Shown here piece after piece: positions 61,496-64,000 of a stretch of DNA of 64,000 nt. A program made the position numbers and the translations under genes. Source of the stretch: Marsupella aquatica (lineage: Eukaryota; Plantae; Marchantiophyta); assembly GCA_973895155.1 (NCBI GenBank), contig OZ316897.1, positions 21,170,260 through 21,234,259 of the forward strand, written 5' to 3'. Position 1 is the stretch's first letter. Each line of letters begins with the position of its first letter. The notes beneath the pieces were generated by a model. That model was not told the origin of the DNA, searched no databases, and was given only the letters and a program-made list of their open reading frames with translations.

Positions 61496-63779
61496 TTTTT
61501 TCCTTCTGCTTTTTTCCATTGATTGGGAAAATTGATGTGATTCCCATACCTACTTGTACTCACTGTTTGATTAATGTATACAGCACGCATAATTTTTCAT
61601 TCTCTCTTTTTGTCACCAGTGTTTTGTCAGTAATTAATCACAGGTTATGGGCCAGTTTTCGGGGGCAGTTTCTAGAAATACTCTTTCATTATTTATCCTT
61701 GTGTTTTAGTCTATTATTATTTTCTTGTCACTACAGGAGGATTTTTTACCTGGTTTTTGCACGTTTTTGCATCAAGATTTGTTGGGTCACATTTTCCAAC
61801 ATCATGCCTCCTAATTTCACGTGAGGATAAGGCATACATTTAATGCTGCATCTTCTAGGCAGTTCAAACTACAAATCTTGAAAAGGTAATATACTGCAAC
61901 TATACATTCTTTCATCTGGTGTCTGGCGGTACATTGCATGAAGGCAGTCATCGCTCCTACCCAAAGTACTGCACAACTTGATTACGAATTCCAGGATCGA
62001 ATGACTAGATGCTCATGGTCTGAAGGAAGCACAGGCCATGGACATTATCCTCTCTAATTCCTTCAAATTAAAACATTCAGTACTCCCTCATCATGGGAAA
62101 ACTGCTCAGGAATGACCCCGGACGATGCTTTTGCATCTGAAGGAATTATCCGGGCTAGCTTTATAATGGAGAAACCGCTTGAAGAATATTGCAATAGTTA
62201 TCGTTCAGCATTAGGGCTGTTCAGAGTGCTCGATGATGACATTTAACCTTTACAGCTTATCAATAGTACGTGTAGAGCATCATTTTTCAACCTGGTCCTC
62301 CTTTAAGGGAGAGCAGATGTACACTTGACCTAAGTCACCTCCATCTCTTGCCACTCATGTTTTGTGACTGTAAATACGGACGAGTACGTGTCAATCGTTG
62401 AGTTTACGAAGTTGGTTGATCGAAGGCTTTTAACTTTTCCCTTCCGCTTTTCTCGGGAAAAACTGATGTGATTGATACCTATTTATAGATATTCAATCTT
62501 CGAATGAAATTAAGCATTACACATTTTTTCACTCTCTTTTCGTGCAGGAGTTTTTTGTGGCAGTACTCAATTAAATCACAAGTCTTTAACGCCGGCTGAT
62601 GTGCACCCCGGCCAGCCATCATGTGGAAGCCAGCTACGTGTTGCTACCGGACCTCGACAGGAACTAATTAACAGAACGAACTACTGTTACTCTAGAACAT
62701 TCATCACCTCGCCAGCCCGGGGATCGACTGTTCTCTTATTTGTTGCATTCCCCATAGCATTGGATGGGCCGGTGCAGAGATACGATGCAAAAGCAAACCA
62801 AAGGCAGAGACCTGGGCAGTACGTACGTTCGGATATACTGGATAGAAGAAGAAACATTGCAGCCCTGTTACAAAATCCAACCAGAGGTAGCCACCTGTTG
62901 GCATTAATGGTTCCCCTAATCGTTCGGGTGGGTAACATGCGCAACCCAACCATAACAAATGAAACCAGGCCCCACCTGGTCTGTTGTGATCCCGGTTGTG
63001 ATCTGTTGGATGCGTGCGGAGACAGATATATATATGTGTAGCTAATTCAAACAAATTAAGCCGGAGCCAATCAAGTGCATATATGGTCTAGCGAGATGGA
63101 CGGAGAAATATAACATGCGCAACTCTAAAGCACATCAAAAGCTCGTTCAGTTCAAACAGCTTAGTTGACTTTCGTCCTTTCTAATGTTTCGATTAGAAGC
63201 TTAAATCTTTGTCAGTACGTGTTAATTAAAATATATTGTCAGGAACTTAGGTTGTTCTTTAACTTTCTTGCTAGTGACTTCATAATGCAACTCAAAGGAC
63301 AGAAACGAAACAAGAGTCGACGAAAGCTATGTGAATCAAAATACCCGTTCCTTTTCATTACGAAACATTAAGTACTTCATTTTCAAACAATGTTAAATGA
63401 TGGACAGGAGAAATATACTTTCACCAAACTACTGCAGGTAGGGAGCACCATTTATTTCCTTAGTTTCTGAGTTCAGAAGATATGAACCACATTTCTTCGA
63501 GTCAAAATATCAGCGGGAACATCAGTGGGAACAAAATGTCCACATATAAAAAGATGCATGGAAACCAGCCAAAAGTAAAATATCATTATTCAAAGCAACA
63601 TTCCTGGACACCCAGCCAGGGGCATTATTATTCAAAAGTATAGTAAGTGTAAGTTGCTAGCACCAAACTAGATTGTGCACCAAGGCCAGTCGATCTCCAT
63701 GCACAGATCTGTTGATCAGGTGATCCAGCCTTTGTTGCCGTGCTTGCCCTACTGTATGGCGCATTTTTTTCTGTGACAG

Positions 63780-63978
63780 CTACAATTTGGTCCAATTTTG
63801 GAAGAACTGGTATGGCTTGCCTGCAACAGCTGATACGTAGGAGCCGTCTCCATTCACTATCCAGAAACAATCTGGCATACATGAGCGACCGTCTGGCATG
63901 GGCCGCATGGGGAACTCCTGGCACCAGCTGTTGATGGTCTGACTATACGTTCCAGAACCAGGTACTACCATCGTGTAG
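63780..63978 (-). CDS. Last exon of the tandem paralogue (copy B) of the secreted SPH-like protein; exon 1 lies beyond the window
   Basis: YTMVVPGSGTYSQTINSWCQEFPMRPMPDGRSCMPDCFWIVNGDGSY...WTKL*. 63250-64000 is a near copy of 59575-60220. Confidence 0.75.
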
Positions 63979-64000
63979 CTGCAGTGCCAATTCATACATA

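Noticed and set aside
62601-63054. Overlapping 88-146 aa ORFs
   Set aside because: No domain signal and no counterpart in the duplicated unit.

Overview
Intron-rich eukaryotic land-plant DNA, probably a bryophyte (inferred). Ordinary genes: the last 19 exons of a class-III starch branching enzyme (251-6433, +), a three-exon LEA-like protein with a signal peptide and C-terminal NEEL (40594-42116, +), and two tandem small secreted Cys-containing genes (60002-60918 and 63780 to beyond the window end, -). A local family of coiled-coil + RING-HC genes has four copies plus fragments. In one copy an intronless UFD2/UBE4 retrocopy has inserted, giving a chimera whose U-box is replaced by the coiled-coil and RING. 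The most unusual feature is a ~14.7 kb TIR-bounded, Sola-type DNA transposon (23702-38380). Its right arm encodes a DDE-type transposase. Its left arm, transcribed divergently, encodes a ParB/Srx-like + N4C/N6A DNA-methyltransferase-like fusion and an FCP1/NIF HAD-phosphatase-like gene. The element carries ~18-20 copies of a 17-bp palindrome (CTCGAGAnnnTCTCGAG) that I did not see elsewhere in the window. This copy is disabled by nonsense/frameshift lesions and a nested CACTA. Also present: a second non-autonomous CACTA, a Copia-type solo LTR with TSD, a gag remnant and several tandem repeats. All domain calls come from reading motifs by eye; no searches were run.
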